DNA of 64,000 nucleotides from Tubiluchus corallicola (GCA_030141605.1 JAQGDQ010000656.1:1-64000); one strand, 5' to 3'. Positions 39,649 to 53,690 are shown, numbered from the stretch's first letter. Notes: a model not told the origin generated them from the sequence alone. Numbers and translations are program-made.

Positions 39649-40041
39649 TCTGCTTCATAAATCTGAAATGATTTTACGTCTACATTTTCCAAAGCAGAAA
39701 GCACTTCTTATTCTCAACAAATATTCCGCAGCGTAATGTCAAGTTTCTGTAACCTTTGCTTGTAAAATGAAATTACTCTTGCAGCTTTTACTTCAACCAA
39801 TGTAGAAATGGTATTAAGAATTCCAGTAATGTGATTGGGTTTCTAAATGATGAAAAAGTGTAACGTGATTTTGAATTGGCCTGTAAATTATGAAACGCAA
39901 TCACATAATTATTGTTTTTTATGAAAAGTGGTTCACATCTCTACACATTTAGAGTCCTCATCTGAGAAGAGAAGGACTCTGTGAGTAATATACTTCATCC
40001 TTCTCTTCGTTTTTCTCTCTCACAATATTAGGGTTATTTAA

Positions 40042-40702
40042 AGGACAAGAAAAGAGGTGCTTGAAGTAGGTTTCAGCAAAATCGTCTTAAAATATATATA
40101 TATTACTTTATAGCAATTTTATGCATGTATCATACTCGCTTTAAAAGGAATTTTTGTTCGTTTTTATTTTAAATCTCCCGCGACACTGTTCCGACGACGC
40201 CATTACATGACGTCACTATGCAAACATAAATCAGAGGAGGAAAAGGAAATGTTAAATTATGTCCCAAAAAAACTTTCCTTTCAAGTCTATATTACTTAGC
40301 TTTTCGCTTACCTGCTGGAAAGACCTATGTAATTAGAAAAGAATATTTTTAATTATTTAAAATGTTTTCACCAATTGGTAAAATGTCGTTGACTCACCCT
40401 GCAGGGTGCACCGCTCACTAACCAAAAAACGTATTTTTAATCTTATTGGCAAGATACAGTAATTTAAATTTTACGCAGTTAGTGACGTGTACGTTACGAA
40501 TGCTCTAATTATTTTTTCGTAGTTTACACAATGAGTTTACATCTAAACTTGTTTTATCGTCAAAATCGCAGCGTCTATTAGTCATCACGGGAGTTTAAAT
40601 TACTGCCGATGAAGTCCTGTATGTAAAAAGACTATACGTAAGTGATATAAATTTTCAAGACGAATTTTTAAGCTTTATGTTTCTGAAGGGTTTTCTTGTG
40701 CT
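40042..40702 (+). mobile_element. Family B Kolobok-like MITE (661 bp), complete
   Basis: TTAA TSD (40038-41, 40703-06); TIR AGGACAAGAAAA / TTTTCTTGTGCT (11/12). Confidence 0.88.
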
Positions 40703-40720
40703 TTAACATCTAATTAATTT

Positions 40721-41520
40721 TTAGATTAGGTTAGATTAAGTCAGGTTAGGTTAGGTTAGGTTAGGTTGGTTTGGTTGGATTAGATTAGATTGGATTGGAT
40801 TGGATTGGATTGGATTGGATTGGATTGGATTGGATTGGATTAGCTTAGCTTAGCTTAGCTTAGCTTAGCTTAGCTTAGCTTAGCTTAGATTAGATTAGAT
40901 TAGATTAGATTAGATTAGATTAGATTAGATTAGATTAGATTAGATTAGATTAGATTAGATTAGATTAGATTAGATTAGATTAGATTAGATTAGATTAGAT
41001 TAGATTAGATTAGATTAGATTAGATTAGATTAGATTAGATTAGATTAGATTAGATTAGATTAGATTAGATTAGATTAGATTAGATTAGATTAGATTAGAT
41101 TAGATTAGATTAGATTAGATTAGATTAGATTAGATTAGATTAGATTAGATTAGATTAGATAGATTAGATTAGATATTAGATTAGATTGATTAGATTAGAT
41201 TAGATTAGATTAGATTAGATTAGATTAGATTAGATTAGATTAGATTAGATTAGATTAGATTAGATTAGATTAGATTAGATTAGATTAGATTAGATTAGAT
41301 TAGATTAGATTAGATTAGATTAGATTAGATTAGATTAGATTAGATTAGATTAGATTAGATTAGATTCGATTAGATTAGATTCGATCGGATCGGATCGGAT
41401 CAGATCAGATCAGATCAGGCCAGACCAGACCAGACCAGACCAGACCAGACCAGACCAGACCAGACCAGACCAGACCAGACCAGACCAGACCAGACCAGGC
41501 TAGACTAGATTAGATAAGAT
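40721..41520. repeat. Pentamer microsatellite in homogeneous blocks (TTAGG, TTGGA, TTAGC, long TTAGA, TCGGA, TCAGA, CCAGA)
   Basis: Directly visible. Confidence 0.98.
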
Positions 41521-42020
41521 ATATTCAATCCAAATATACAATTGTACATTTACAATAAAGTCTTGCAAAAAATACGATTAGCTAATGTTTTAGGAAGGGA
41601 GAAAGCAAAGAGAGACGGTGGCCCACATTAATTAGTTATTTCTATTAAATTTACAAAAAGAATTAAAATCAAATGTAAGTAGTTTAAATGAAAAAGAACG
41701 TAAGTTGTTAGCATTAATAATCTCCGACAGTAAACTGTTCCACATATCGATCACACTGTTTGCAAAAGAGTATTTAAAAACATCAATACAACAATAATTT
41801 TTGTACAACCTATAACCATGGCCCTTAATGCGAGACTAGGCGTGTAGGTAAAAAAATTCGTTAAAACCTACATCTATAAGTCCACGGCAAATTTTGTACA
41901 CCATTTTCATATCAAAAATAAAACGTCTTTAGTTTCAAATGATCCAGCCTACTAAAATAGTTAACAACGTTAGCCCACATTTCGCATATATGAACCGTTT
42001 AGTAACACATCTTTGTAAAT
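41521..42020 (-). mobile_element. CR1-type LINE 3' fragment
   Basis: Minus strand: DMKMVYKICRGLIDV...KGHGYRLYK...DVFKYSFANSVIDMWNSL...LRSFSFKL; its tail runs into (TCTAA)n. Confidence 0.75.
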
Positions 42021-43572
42021 CTATTTATATTACTATAACTGTGTATTTTGTATTTTATATGTTTCATGAAATGTAAAATAAATTATGCTTACTTTTCGTC
42101 TACTTAAACATTAGGCCATAGTTAAGCCAGACAGCTTATTCAAACTGAAATGATTTACTCAAACCTTTGTCTCAGCTAGATGGTTTTTATCATTTTCTGG
42201 CAGTGTATAATGACTAAATAGACGTATGCTGCTTTATTTAAAGCAGCAGGAGACGAGAGAAGAAGAAAGGAGATTAACGAAAGTACCAGTAACAGCAATA
42301 ATTAAAAATTAGAATAGCATTTAAAATTCAACATGGCTGCCTTCAATATGGCTGCCTAAATGGCTACTGTGGCTACTTAAAAATCAAGTTTGTCTGCTAC
42401 TGTATTGCTTGCTTCATGGAATAATTCTGGTGTGGTCACTCTGCAATATGAAGAAGTCTAGTGTTACTCTCGCAGGTTGTGTGTACTATATACAACCTGC
42501 AAGTTAACCAAACTAAAGTGGAACTCGTGTCAGCGCAGATAAACAAATACAACAAGTAATCGGCCAAATGTGCCAATGAATTAAATCAAAACATTACTAT
42601 GGTGAGTTATTGTGGAAAGTAATCGTTTATTGTCAAATGTCTACACTACAATGTCTGCTTCTGCAACGCATCCAACCTATTAAAAGCCGCCAGATGGCGT
42701 ATGGATCAGAACAAATGCTCATTAGCAAACCATGAAATGTCTTTATCTCGCTCCAATGGATTCTGCAGAAGCTTGTGGACACGGACAAAATATTGTTACG
42801 ACAGCGAAAAGCCATTTATTTTCACCTCACCCCCCCCCTCGCCACGCCCACATGGCGATGGTTCGATCCATTACGAAGCCATTGCATATCAGAAATAGAA
42901 CGACTGATATGAAGTGCCCTAAGCAGGTACATGGACAGGCGTCTTTTACCATCACAGGACCTGTTCCGCAAACACGCACCAGCATCAAGCACGCAGGAAA
43001 AGTTTACTGGGGTGTTCTTTCTACAAATTTCTCTGTTTTTATGCAGCTGATATACAATACACACCAATGGAAAGTTTTTATCATTCTAGCACTGAACCCG
43101 GAACCCTGAACTCTGCCATTTGGCATCGCGAAAAAAACCGACTAGGCGAACGACTAATCAGACCCCCCCCCCACTGACAGAGAATACCCCGCATCGTTTC
43201 AATATGTACTGTAACATTAACTTTGAACAGTGAGTAAGAGAACTACGATCAGATAATAGACTATGTATCTTACAACACAAACAAGATAACGTCTTTCATA
43301 TGGGGAAGCGAATGTTACCAGAAAAGTAAATACCAGCACCCACGCGTAGAGAGATAACGTATCTATTTGTTTAACGTTTCAGCATTCATACTGATGCCAT
43401 AAACATAAAAACACTTTTTATTGATAACAGTAGTGTTTCAAAGTTATTGATAGTGTTTCAAACAATGCTCCTATGATCAAGGCATTCGTATAAACTGCAA
43501 CCTTAGTGACATTGATAAGGACAAAAACATAATTTTTAGTAAAACAATGCTGTTATCAGTAAAACCATGCTC

Positions 43573-46079
43573 CAGGGCAGACTTTACCACTAAGCAAACT
43601 AGGCCGTTGCCAACGGCACCAAATTCTAGAAGGAATTCTTTAATTTTTAAATTTAGCATAAAAATGTTTTTTTATGATTATGGCATCAGTATGAATGCTG
43701 AAACGTTATAACATGGTGTACAGGTTTAGGGGGTGAGCCCAAGGTGCCTGCACCCCTTCATAGTAGCAGTAAGTATTTACGCCAAATAAATATTTTCTCT
43801 GGATTAAAAGCTTTAGAACGTTTAGTGGTAGCCTTTAATGACTTATATCGAGTAAAAAGGTCTGCATCTGCATTAATGATTTTAGTGTAAAAAACTTGTG
43901 CCCTTTAAGTAATAATTGTAGTTTTTGGCAAAGATATCGCTCTGTGCAACAAAGGTGCAATCGGTTCGGCGGCATAATGAAACAAATGTGAATCGACTGA
44001 GCTGCAGCTTACAGAAGACGACGTATATTGCAGGTACTCTCTTAACTGTCCTCAAAGCGAGCAGCCATCGTCTGATTTCAGCCTCAAAATATAGTTATTA
44101 TAATATAACGTGATAATGGCTTTCATAAGTGAAGAAAAATTTTATACTGAGTATGGAATTAGCGAGGAGTCAAAAAATAGTTAGTCGTGTAATCCTATTC
44201 TTATTTAAAAGAGAGACATAACCCTCAGTTTTTCATCTCTGAGTGCTTACATCTATAATGTCACATGTTTTCTGTTTAACATAATTTTTTAATCTTATCA
44301 GAACTTCAGTTGCAGATAGTACGGTGTGCATTACGTCACGTATTGTACATTTATGACAGTCGAACAGTGAATTACCTATGAAAATACAGTTGTTGTATAT
44401 GACCTGTTTAAATTAAAATGATCACAAAAAATAATCATATCTATTTTTGGCATTGTGTTAATTTTTTATCCTATTTCCACACGTCTGCCTAATCAATTCA
44501 TATACTTAATTATTTACATGATTCCCACATTCATAGATTTTAGCAGTGCTAGAATAAATTCTAGTAGTGGCTTTATTAAAATTTAGTACCTGCAAAAATC
44601 ACATAGCACAGGGGTTCTACTTTTCAAAACACATAAAAGTTATGTATATCATATATCCCTTTTTCTAAAGCCTGTATCCGCCCCTGGTGTATGTGCACTT
44701 ACTTAAGTGCCCAACACTTAAATTAAATGAAACGAACTGCTTGCTTTATTTACCTTATGCATCATCTTATGCCCGTTACCTCTATTGTGGACATTTGGCA
44801 GGCAGAATGATTCTGAAACAAAAGAACTCCGCCCTCAAGACAGGTAAGCACATTAGTAATCGAGCAAAAACTAGGCACTGCAATGTCGGGGGCTTGTCAG
44901 CACCATTTCTGTTCAAAATGTATGATCATCGACGATTGTAAGTGTCTTCCCCCAGCAGAACACTTTGGACTTTTACATCATCTGGTTTCCTAAGATGACG
45001 TCATTTCATTCAAACATCTAATACAAACTTTATTTATTTTAAGTGAATTGACATACAGTAATGTTACTGATCGGAGTTTTTTACTTTGCAACAGATACAT
45101 TTTAGTTGAGAACAGATATATATAACTGGTTATCAAGAATATAGTTACATAGGTAGTTAGTTCAAACATCTCACACGAGTTATTCTGTTTTTGTTCGCAG
45201 CTTCTATCATATGAATGCAGCGCAGCAGAGCTACGTAAATCCCTGTAGTAATGATCTCTCTGTTAATGCAAAAATTTCTCTTGCACTAGTATTTATCTAG
45301 GGCAGATAAAACTATAAGATTCGAAGTCTTTAGGAGCGTGAGCCTTCGAGGGTACCACTAATTTCACCACCATTTTTCATTTTGCAGCGCCGCCACTGGC
45401 GAAGCCATTTAATCCCTCTGCCCCAGTTCTGCTGCCAAAGAAAGTTTTCAACAGACGTAGGACAGAGAAAGGTTTCCCTGTTGTGCTTGTCAACACTGCA
45501 GGGAATGACAACACCAATTGTGAGCAGTGAATATAATATAAGAAACTGTTTGTCACATGCTTTCAGACGCTCTCGTGAAAGAAGCATATAAATAGTATTA
45601 TGGCAAATGAACCTTCGGGAGAGGAAATACGGGAAAGGAAAGGTAAAGAAGCACGAGGATATTGAACAGTAAACACAATATAGTTGTAAAGATGATGAAG
45701 CTAGTGAAATAGATGCAACGTGAAAAAGAGGGCTTAGGGTTTCAAAATTTCCTGATGAAAAGGCTAAGAGAAAATCTAGCCAAAATGGCTGAAAAAAATG
45801 GCGGAAATTTCGTTGCTTCTGAAGACCCAGGACGAATAATGGTGTCGATTTCGATTTCAATTATCAAAAACTCTAGATATGTAATAAATTGCACTTAATT
45901 AGTACATTATAATACATGTATATGCCTAACACGTAGGCACAATTACACATTATTATAATATTATGCAAAAAAATGATATTTCGTTTGTTGTGGGAACCGT
46001 AGGGAAGGTGTTGACCTTAAAGGAGAAGCCGCTAGAAGCATTTTTGCCTAGGGCGTCAAACTACCTAAAATCGAACCTG
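43573..46079 (+). mobile_element. 2.5-kb hAT-type composite insertion splitting a satellite unit
   Basis: CAGG...CCTG ends (10/14); TSD CCATGCTC / CCATACTC; the unit ccatgctc|ctatga is restored on removal. Confidence 0.7.
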
Positions 46080-46900
46080 CCATACTCCTATGACTATAGG
46101 ACTAGTATGAACAGTAACTTAATGACTTTTGTAGTGACTAAAAGGCATATTTTAGTAAAACACTGCTGTTATCAGTAAAACCATGCTCCTGTGATTATAG
46201 CATTAGTACAAAGAGTAACTTTAGTAACGTTGGTAGTGACCAAAAGGCATACTTTAGTAAACGACTGCATTGTCAGTAAACCATACACCTATAATTATAG
46301 CATTACTTTGAACAACAACATTGAAAGCAACCAAAAAACATATTTTAGTAAAACACTGCTGTTGTCATTAAAACCATGCTCTTATGATTATAGCATTAGT
46401 ATGAACAATAACTTTAGTGACATTGGTAGCGATCAAAAACACTGTTTAGTAAAACACCATTGTTATCAATAAAATCATGCTCTTATGATTATAGCATTAG
46501 CATAAACTGTAACTTAAGTAACATTAGTGGTGATCAAAAGGCATACTTTAGTAAAACACTGCTGTTATCATTAAAACCATGCTCCCATGATTATAGCATT
46601 AGTATGAGCAGTAATTTTAGTAACATTGGTAGTGACCAAAAGGCATACTTTAGTAAACGACTGCATTGTCAGTAAACCATACACCTATAATTATAGCATT
46701 AGTATGAACAATAATTTTAGTGACATTGATTAAGACCGTAAAACATATTTTAGAAAAACACTGCTGTTATCATTAAAACCATGCTCCTATGTCCATAGCA
46801 TTAGTATGAACAGCAACTTTAGTGACTTTGGTAGCGGCTAAAAGGCATATTTTAGTAAAAGACTGCATTATCAGTAAACCATGCTTCCACGATTATAGCA
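46080..46900. repeat. ~100-bp tandem repeat, ~8 copies
   Basis: ccat(g/a)c..tatgattatagcattag recurs near 46080, 46181, 46281, 46374, 46476, 46577, 46677, 46779 and 46879. Confidence 0.95.
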
Positions 46901-47539
46901 TAGCAGCTAGAACGAATGCTGAAACATTAGGCAAATAAAGATGCTGTCTCTCAGGGTTCGGTATTTTTGTTGCTATCAAGGCTTTTCAAGTTCACAATAT
47001 CTTTCCTTCATGAATGTTATCGATGTTTGTTCTTTACGCAAGACATAGCAGATTTTATCAATCTTGTTAACAGCTCGTCAACAAAATGGCTTCAATGCCT
47101 GATGACATCATCGTCATCTGTACTGGAAGGGAAGCTGATTTTGAGAAGTGCTCAACAATGACAAGCGTTTCACGTCTAGAGCTTGCTTCAACATTTCGCG
47201 TAAAATCTGCGGATTAAAACAGCATTTTGGTTTAATAACTTTCACTTTTTGTTAATAGATAGCGCAGCAGATTTATAGCGAATCCTATGCGAATAACATT
47301 TGTTATTTGATGAGCTTAGTTCCTTGTGAGTCAACTGTAAGGCATCCAGGTAAGGCATCCACTCAAACAGACTAACTTGAGGATTCTTTTGTTCACTTAA
47401 TTGTCAGCAGTTTCAGATGAGCACTTCGGTTCGTGGTGGAGTAAAGCTACGCAATTACTAATTTTAGTAATTACTCATTACTCAAGTATAGCCAAAACAA
47501 AAGAAAACGTGGAAGCATATAAATTTAATTTGTTCATCT

Positions 47540-48146
47540 AATAAATGTTGAGTTGTTCGATTAGTGACGACTGTTTTGTAGCATAATTGTTAGGCTTTTT
47601 GTTCGATTGGCTTTACTTGATATAAATCCCTCAATAGCATCGAAATTTAGCATCCAAGTTATTTATTCTTCTGCGAACAAAGTCAAAGCTGGTGTTCCTC
47701 AAGGTTCTGCAATGGTCACTACTTTGTTTACTCTTATACATCAGTGAAATAGACTAAATTCTCTTTAAACAGCCTCATTATCTATGTTATTCATACGACT
47801 CACTGTAGTAAATACCACAGTGTCCCAATGGACAACGCCCGATTACAAACATCTAGTCCACTTGAAAAGGATCTTGAATTGACTTTCAAATGGGACCAAA
47901 ATTGGATTGTCGCCTTTAATACAAACACGAAGCTTCTGTCCTTTTCTTTCCATCGCAATGTCATGCTTACTGGTAGTTATATGGATGTTCCACCTCCTTA
48001 TCTGTCATAAGCACTCATATGGACACACGTTTCTGTACCGTAAGTGACTGTTGCGCGCAAGTGTAGAACGTAATGTGTTGTTTTCCGTGCATCTACCCTG
48101 ATTAAGTGTAATAACAGTTGTTGGTCAATAAATTACTTACTTACTT
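47540..48146 (+). mobile_element. Decayed CR1/L2-group RT fragment
   Basis: KVKAGVPQGS at ~47680; LEKDLE...KW...W.VAFN..TKLL; tail aataaaattacttacttact. Confidence 0.6.
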
Positions 48147-49577
48147 GTAACTATAGTTGCAAGTAAGTTAAGACATCTTACTATTAATAATCATAGTTTT
48201 TCGTAGGTGGCATTTCCCAAAGTCCGCAATATGATTAAGCGTAACCGCTTGATAACAATTTATTCCGACTGTTTAGACTCGTGGATTTAAATGTCGAAAG
48301 TTACACAATACATGCAGCAGTCGTATAAACAACAGGACACAGGTAACGATGTTCTCCAAGAGCTACTCGTCGACTGGAAGAGAAATACTTAACTAACGCA
48401 TTCTAAACGCAATCAGCCCTTCAAATATCAAAAAAAACTTCACAGTACTTAAAGGAAAACAGGATCCAAACGGGATCGAACCCACTAAGCAGAAACTACT
48501 GAAGCAGGCCACACATTAAAATTTGCAATATATATATATATATATAGTACACTTTAATACGTTTGCGTCGAATTTCTTGTCTTCGTCACAAAATGCACGA
48601 TTATTGTATTTTTTGGACTTTGGCGTTCAGCCCCTCCATTAATTGAACGTAATTCCAACAAATTGGCTACAAAGGCGCCCCCTACAACATAAATGCGTTT
48701 ACGTCTGATAATCGCCACATTATAAATGCTTAATTGAAACGCTAAGAAGCGTGTGATGAGAACACAGAAAACTGTTTTACCGACTGTCGCTTGTCATTAT
48801 CATATTTTGCATCGATTTCTTCTCTGCGTCCGCAAATTCTTGCAGATTCAAGCGCTTTTTCCTCTTTACCTTATCCACGTTCACGGCAATTGAGCAACCG
48901 CAAATGCCGATTAAATCAGTTGCAGGAAAAATGGAACTGGTCAGCTGATGTTAAACAGTAGATTACTGGCTTCATCTAGTAAACAACGCCTGGAAAGACG
49001 GCTTCATCGTTTTTGATCCAATCGTACCATTTGCCAAGATTACTTTATTCTCATTAACACAGCATAATTAATTATACAATATTTTAATTGAAAGCATATT
49101 AGGCTTAGCGAATAAACCCGTAATTGGTTAATTTTCCTATTCCAAACATCCTTGAAAGAAAATCGAAGACGACTCTGCGTGGAATTGAACCGGAAACTTT
49201 TGAATTACAAGATACAGATACTACAAACATAGTAATATCTTGGTTTATTTTTCATTTTTTGCGGGCTTGGTGACAATATCAAGTACAAAATGTTCATTTT
49301 TTGAACACTTTTTAATTTATATACAAATTGGATAAAAATTCTCAGTTGTACGGCATTCTAAAAAGGGCTTACTTTTTTCTGTCCACCACCATATATATAT
49401 CTGGAATTTACACTAATTTGCTAAACAACTAGACATCCGTGACCAAAAAACAGACAACGTCAAAAAAGATACATTTTGAATTATTGTGCATGGTCTTGCG
49501 TGGTCCTAAAAGAAGGCCCAAAAATAATCTTTACATAAAATTCCCGTTCAGAAGCATTATAAATGGTGTAAAGGGGA

Positions 49578-50809
49578 CAGGCACGTAGCCAGGAATTTAT
49601 GGGGGGGGGGGCAGAGCACTGATACATGTACTGTACTTTCTAATGCAGTTTGCACTCCCTTGCCCCGTAGACATGGATTCGCAATGTATAATTAGAAGTA
49701 AAGTTTTGTTTCCAAGTTTTATTAAAGATAGATATTAATTATAAGTACATTGTAATTACAGTATAGTAAATTACAAAATTATCTGTGTACATTGTAACTG
49801 TAACTTACAAAATAATGCACCTATTTTTGAGATCTGCAAACGTCTGTATTACATTCTCAATGTCTATTTCGTCTTTGTTCAGGTACATGTGGGCCAAGCC
49901 CAGTGGCGGCTCGAAAACAGTGGCAGCACCCCCTGTTTTCACTCATTATTATCGATAATATTCAATATAATAATCTTTTTTATTTAGTTCTTTCTTTTTA
50001 CTTGCGCGGAAGGGCAGCACGTGAGGGAAGTACAATTTGTTTCACAGCCAAAGCAATGTGGTGTTTGGCTGCTGTGCGCATGCGGCCATGCGCAAATGTC
50101 TGAGATAAGAGGCTGTGTAGGTAGAAAAAGTACTGTCGTTCACTGCAGTACGTGTTGTCAGTTGTCACGTGTTTAAAAAGGCGTGTATCGGCATATTCTT
50201 GAACTGCGACAATTTAGGATATTCTTAAGAAAACAATACTTTTGTTTAGGAGTTTATCAAGGCTATGTTTAAATGAGTTTGTTTGCTTAAAATCACAATT
50301 GCAACATTATAATTACATACGTTTGTTTAGTTTTACACAATATTAAAACAATGGCTAAAGAATTTGTAATTTTGCAGCGCCACCACTAATTTAGCTACGA
50401 GCCGCCACTAGTCAAGCCATTTAATCCCTCTTCCCCAGTTCTGCTGTCAAAGCAAGTTTTCAACAGACGTAGGACAGAGAAAGGTTTCTCTGTTGTGCCT
50501 GTAAACACTGCATGAAATGACAACACCAATTGTGAACAGTGAATATAATATACGAAACTGATGTTTGTCACATGCTTTCAGAAGCTCTCACGAAAGGAGC
50601 ATATAAATAGTATTTTAAAAGTTTATCCACAAAAGCATTTGAAAGAGAAAATATAAGAAATAAAAATGTTAGTGCATTAAATTAAATGTTATTTATTCGT
50701 TAATTCTTCAATTGTTTAATACGACCCATCTGGCAGCTAGGACAAAACGTGCATATTTTTTTTAAATTCAATGAAAGGGGGAGCCAGAGATCCCATGGCT
50801 ACGTGCCTG
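49578..50809. mobile_element. hAT-type MITE (outer element)
   Basis: TIR CAGGCACGTAGCCA / TGGCTACGTGCCTG; TSD AAAGGGGA / GAAGGGGA. Confidence 0.88.
49901..50410. mobile_element. hAT-type MITE nested in 49578..50809
   Basis: TIR CAGTGGCGGCTCG / CGAGCCGCCACTA; TSD GCCAAGCC / GTCAAGCC. Confidence 0.85.
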
Positions 50810-52365
50810 GAAGGGGACTTTCCATCTGACTTTTATACCAAGATCTTGGAAGCAGGACTTATCCAGGTACGTAGTTAACGCAATCAGCATCCCATTTACT
50901 TTTTTCATACATAACTTTCATACATACATTAGCTATTCATGACATATTACACCTTTAAAAGACAAATATCGAAAAAATTTGTGCAAATTCGCTTTTTCTG
51001 GTTACCTAGCATGACAAAGCTGCCATCAGACCAAAAGAAATGACAAAAACAAACGTCACTGTGTTTAATAGGAAGTATGGCATCTTTATGAACATCCATA
51101 ACTCAAGAAACGACAGTGTTTAAACAAAAATGGAAGTTTACAAAAAAAATTCTAAATCTAGTCTCGACGGTAATTACCGTTAAGTATGTCAAAATGCTGA
51201 GGTTAAACATTATTTATCAGTCTACTAATTATTTTAAATTCAAAAGTGGCTTGCGAACGCCTTGCAAATCGAATATCTTGGAACTAAAAGGGAAAAATAC
51301 AGAAGTTAATGTCTAAAATGCATGCTTTTTCTCTCAAAGATATGGATAATTACTCCCATGTTCTGTTGAACTGAACAGAGCTGTGCAATGTTTGGCTAAA
51401 TATGGTGGATTTTCTACAGGCAAAATAAAAACAGATTGTAGAGAAAATTTCTGATCCTCAAATGCCATGTATTTATCCTATTGATTTCGGAGTTTACGTG
51501 TCTTGCTAGCTGCTGCGCGTCGCTAGGTTTGCTAAATTCGGTTTTGTCAATATAGGCTAATTATAGCGGAACATTTTTCAGCCGTCCATACGGGATTCGC
51601 AAGTAATTGCTTGTGGTGTGTTAGCAGCATAATTACAAGCACAACAACTGCCGTCTTTCATTGCTTTTCAGGTAGGCGAAGTTTGATACTGTAATACACA
51701 CGACTACACGTCACCAAACTCACGAGCAATCCGAAGCGACCGGGCGGCAAACGCGGATGTAAAGCTGCTTAAAACGCTTCAATCCATTAAGCTATTTTAC
51801 TACAACAGACAGATTCGGCAGCTGGAAAAAGCAAAAGGAACCAATCAAACTGTTCAGTTAATTACTTATCCTAACCTAATGTGACATAACTTGACATAAG
51901 TAGACATACGACGTCCAGTTTGCACAGATCTAAGATAAATTCATATAAAATAAGCACCAATCTTCACTAAATGTCATTTTGACCATTGCCTTCAGGACCT
52001 AAGCGGATTAGAGCAGACCTCTATATTCTTGTGTGTATCCTGGAGACTTAATGAGTGCAGCTCTTCGTAAACTTAGACATGCATGCATGTCTGTCAAAGT
52101 CAGTTGAGTCTGCAAAAGAATTACATGGATTAAGCCTCGTGGTTAAGCCAATCAACAAGGAGAAACGATATCACGTGTGTGTTTGCTAAAACGTTTACAC
52201 AACATCATTAGAATGCACAGTTTACTGGCAAATAAATTCATTTGAATTAGCTATTATTGCTGTGATTGTTTCAGTGCTTATGTGTAAAACTTACACAAAA
52301 CCTCACAAAACGCAATGAGAATTCAATTTTTTTATAAAAGTGAAATAGAGAAAATCGCTACAGCT

Positions 52366-53007
52366 CCTTCATAAACACAAAGCTTAATAAAATTGGTTTT
52401 GAAATTTTATATCACTTACATACTGCCTTTTTGCGTGCAGGACTTCAATCGGCAGTCACGCTGTATAAACCATGTAAATTTAAACTCCCGCGATGACCGG
52501 TTCACGCAGCCATTTTAATGACAGATCATTTCAAACAAGTTTAGATAACATTTTTTAAAGTTTGAAAAAATAATCAGAGCATTCGTAACGCACAAGTCAC
52601 TAACTAAATAAAATTTAAATTACTGTATCTTGTCAATAAGATTAAAAATACGTTTTTTGGTTAGTGAGTGGTGCACCCTGGAGGGTGAGTCAGCGACATT
52701 TTACCAATTGGTGAAAACATTTCAAATTATTAGTCTAGTTAGGTAAGTCTTTGTAGTAGGTAAGCGAAAATCTAAGTAATATAGATTTGCACGGAAAGTC
52801 TTTTGAGACATAATGTAACATTGCCTTTGGTACATGACGTCATGTAATGGCGACTTCGGAACAGTATTGCAGGAGATTTAAAATGAAAACAAACTAAAAT
52901 TCCTTTCAGTGCGAGTACGATATACGCATAAAATTGCTATAAAGTAATATAATTTTTTTAAGGCGATTTTTCTGAAACCTACTTCAGGTACCCCTTTTTC
53001 TTGTCCT
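52366..53007 (-). mobile_element. Family B Kolobok-like MITE, copy ~265 bp upstream of the RING gene ATG
   Basis: Reverse-complement homology to 40042..40702; TTTTCTTGTCCT|TTAA end. Confidence 0.85.
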
Positions 53008-53272
53008 TTAACGCTCAGCGAATTCATATCAGATGATAATGCGAATTCGAATTTTCAACCATACGCAGCTTCCATTTTCTGAAGCAAAGCAACGGCAAGA
53101 TCTCTTAGATACTGTACAAAAAAGACAAGACTGAATTAACACGAAGTTTCTATAGTCGCGTAATCGTTGTCACCAAGGAGTTGATGAGTCTGACGTCATC
53201 AAATGATCTCCTGGTTACAGGAAAATAATAGCCTAGGCGAAACTGGTCTAGTTATGTAAGATTTGTGGTACA

Positions 53273-53650
53273 ATGTCTCTGATTCCTGCTACTGGATTTA
53301 ACAGTGAGGTTAATAAAGCCAGACATTCCCGATCATCTAGTACCAGAAGTGAAGGATGTGACGTCAACAGGACGAAATTGCCAAGGTTGCCAATGCACAG
53401 GAGAAGCGAGAAGACCTACACGAAGCTGCATCAAGACAAAGCAGCCTTCCAGGAACGAGCAAAGTCGCTCGAGCGAGCAAAATCCCAGAAGAAACCAAAG
53501 TCTTTGTTGGATCCGGGGCGTTTGGGGCAGCTACACGAAGTCTACGAAAACGTTAAGTACCATCTGAAATGTGTCCTTTGCAAAGACTTCTTCGTGAAAC
53601 CCATTATGTTGCCATGCGGAGACTCCTTTTGTTATCAGTGCATAAAACAG
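53273..53650 (+). CDS. RING finger protein (TRIM-like RING, putative E3 ligase), exon 1
   Basis: acaATGT start; LKCVLCKDFFVKPIMLPCGDSFCYQCIKQ; phase-0 donor gtaaac. Confidence 0.85.
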
Positions 53651-53690
53651 GTAAACGAAAGTAAACAATCTGTCCTCGTTTGGTCTAGAT

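Larger units (their letters stand above)
43350..46952. mobile_element. TIR-bounded element containing a ~100-bp satellite, itself interrupted by nested insertions
   Basis: Imperfect ~40-bp inverted ends (gagagataacgtatctatttgtttaacgtttcagcattc / gaatgctgaaacattaggcaaataaagatgctgtctctc); satellite units on both sides of the insert. Confidence 0.55.

Noticed and set aside
40743-40768. (TTAGG)n as an interstitial telomere
   Set aside because: Only a few units inside a mutating pentamer array contiguous with a LINE tail
43319-43375. LSLYAWVLVFTFL as the missing GPCR TM1 exon
   Set aside because: Donor phase is incompatible with the phase-1 acceptor, there is an upstream in-frame stop, and it overlaps a repeat end
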